Assembly: GCA_902632555.1 (NCBI GenBank)
Contig: CACPCZ010000001.1
Coordinates: 98,572-162,571 of the forward strand
Length of the DNA stretch: 64,000 nt
Direction: 5' to 3'
Source of the DNA: an uncultured SAR86 cluster bacterium
Lineage (GTDB): Bacteria > Pseudomonadota > Gammaproteobacteria > Magnimaribacterales > D2472
Positions 63,036 through 64,000 of the stretch are shown here, in pieces. The notes under the pieces are model-generated. The model saw only the letters and a program-made list of their open reading frames with translations, made no database searches and was not told the origin of the DNA. The translations under genes were made by a program, and so were the position numbers. Every line of letters starts with the position of its first letter. The stretch's first letter is position 1.

Positions 63036-64000
63036 ATGAAATTTATTAGTATATTTCTTGATAGACCTAGAATTCTTTTTTTAACTTTAGCTTTTATTCT
63101 GTTGTCAGGAATATCTTCAATATTCACTCTTCCAATTCAAGAAAATCCTGAGTTAGCTCAAAGATGGGCATCAGTTACAATCGAATACCCAGGAGCCACA
63201 CCAGAAAGAATAGAGACGCAAGTTATAAATGATCTTGAAGCTAAGTTGCGTGAAATTGTAGAAATTGATGTGCTTGAATCAACAATTACTCAGGGATTTT
63301 CAAATACGCTAGTCGAGTTAGAACAAAGTGTCCCCCCAAAACTTATAGAAGAAACATGGTCAAGGATTCAAGGAAAAATTGATCAAGTAATAATTCCTGA
63401 AGAATCAAATATTTTACTTAGAAGGTCTTCTGGACCGCCAATAACTGTTGAGTACGTAATAGATTGGAAGGGCGAGGGCGAACAACCCATCATAATGATG
63501 TCACGATTGGCCCAGCAACTTGAAAGGAAGTTAAGCTCAATACCCGCAACTGAAAAAACAGCTATCTATGGAGAAGCAGAAGAAGAGATAGTTGTTGAGG
63601 TCGATTCAGCAAAGATGTCTTCTTTAGGACTTTCATATAAAGATATAAGTTTTGCAATTAGCTCATATGATAATAAGAAGCCTGCTGGTATTGTTTCTGA
63701 TCAATATTCTGAATTTCTTATAAGGCTTACAGATAATATTATCAGCCCAAAACAAATTGGTGAGATCCCAATTAAAGTTATTAATCAATCAGAAATAATT
63801 AGACTTGAAGATATAGCAAAGATATCCAAGCAACCCGCTAGTCCAGTAGAGGATATATTTTTATTTAATGGTAGAAGAGTAATATCAGTATCTGCAACTG
63901 GCTCTATGTCCCAAAGAGTTTTTAGTTATGTAGATAATGCTGAAAAAACTGTTGCCGACATGCGAAAAAACTTACCTGAAGAATTTTCAATAGAAAGAAT
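63036..64000 (+). CDS. RND efflux permease (AcrB/D/F family), 5' part, runs off window
   Basis: ATG 63036: MKFISIFLDRPR...LPIQENPE...YPGATPERIE. Confidence 0.9.
   Translation, partial: MKFISIFLDRPRILFLTLAFILLSGISSIFTLPIQENPELAQRWASVTIEYPGATPERIETQVINDLEAKLREIVEIDVLESTITQGFSNTLVELEQSVPPKLIEETWSRIQGKIDQVIIPEESNILLRRSSGPPITVEYVIDWKGEGEQPIIMMSRLAQQLERKLSSIPATEKTAIYGEAEEEIVVEVDSAKMSSLGLSYKDISFAISSYDNKKPAGIVSDQYSEFLIRLTDNIISPKQIGEIPIKVINQSEIIRLEDIAKISKQPASPVEDIFLFNGRRVISVSATGSMSQRVFSYVDNAEKTVADMRKNLPEEFSIER

Overview
A 64 kb AT-rich, gene-dense window from a streamlined marine gammaproteobacterium, most consistent with the SAR86 clade. That assignment is inferred from gene content (proteorhodopsin, gamma-type core genes, very short intergenic spaces), not from a phylogenetic analysis. 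Two housekeeping blocks flank an accessory region. The left block (1-14.4 kb) holds pcnB', dksA, hemL/hemG, erpA, anmK, an M23 peptidase, putA, tyrS, tRNA-Ile and a prolyl oligopeptidase. The right block (27.5-64 kb) holds coaD, mutM, tolC, parE/parC, PPi-PFK, mpl, rsfS-rlmH-mrdA-rodA-mltB-dac-dat, holA-lptE-leuS-accCB-aroQ, ilvD-hemB-trxA-rho, hemCD, rsmD and a TetR/RND efflux locus. The accessory region (14.4-27.4 kb) contains: (i) a divergent module of a CGNR-like zinc-finger protein and a DEDDh exonuclease with an SSB-like tail; (ii) a TPP riboswitch controlling a TonB receptor-PnuT-kinase thiamine salvage operon; (iii) a tail-anchored protein with an integrase arm-binding-like N-terminus, lying in a cluster of eight TGTACYCA sites and divergent from an NAD-dependent formate dehydrogenase; (iv) an SSS transporter pair; (v) a blue-tuned, apparently fenestrated proteorhodopsin. 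Item (iii) is the best candidate for an undescribed system. All protein calls come from motif recognition by eye; no database searches were run.
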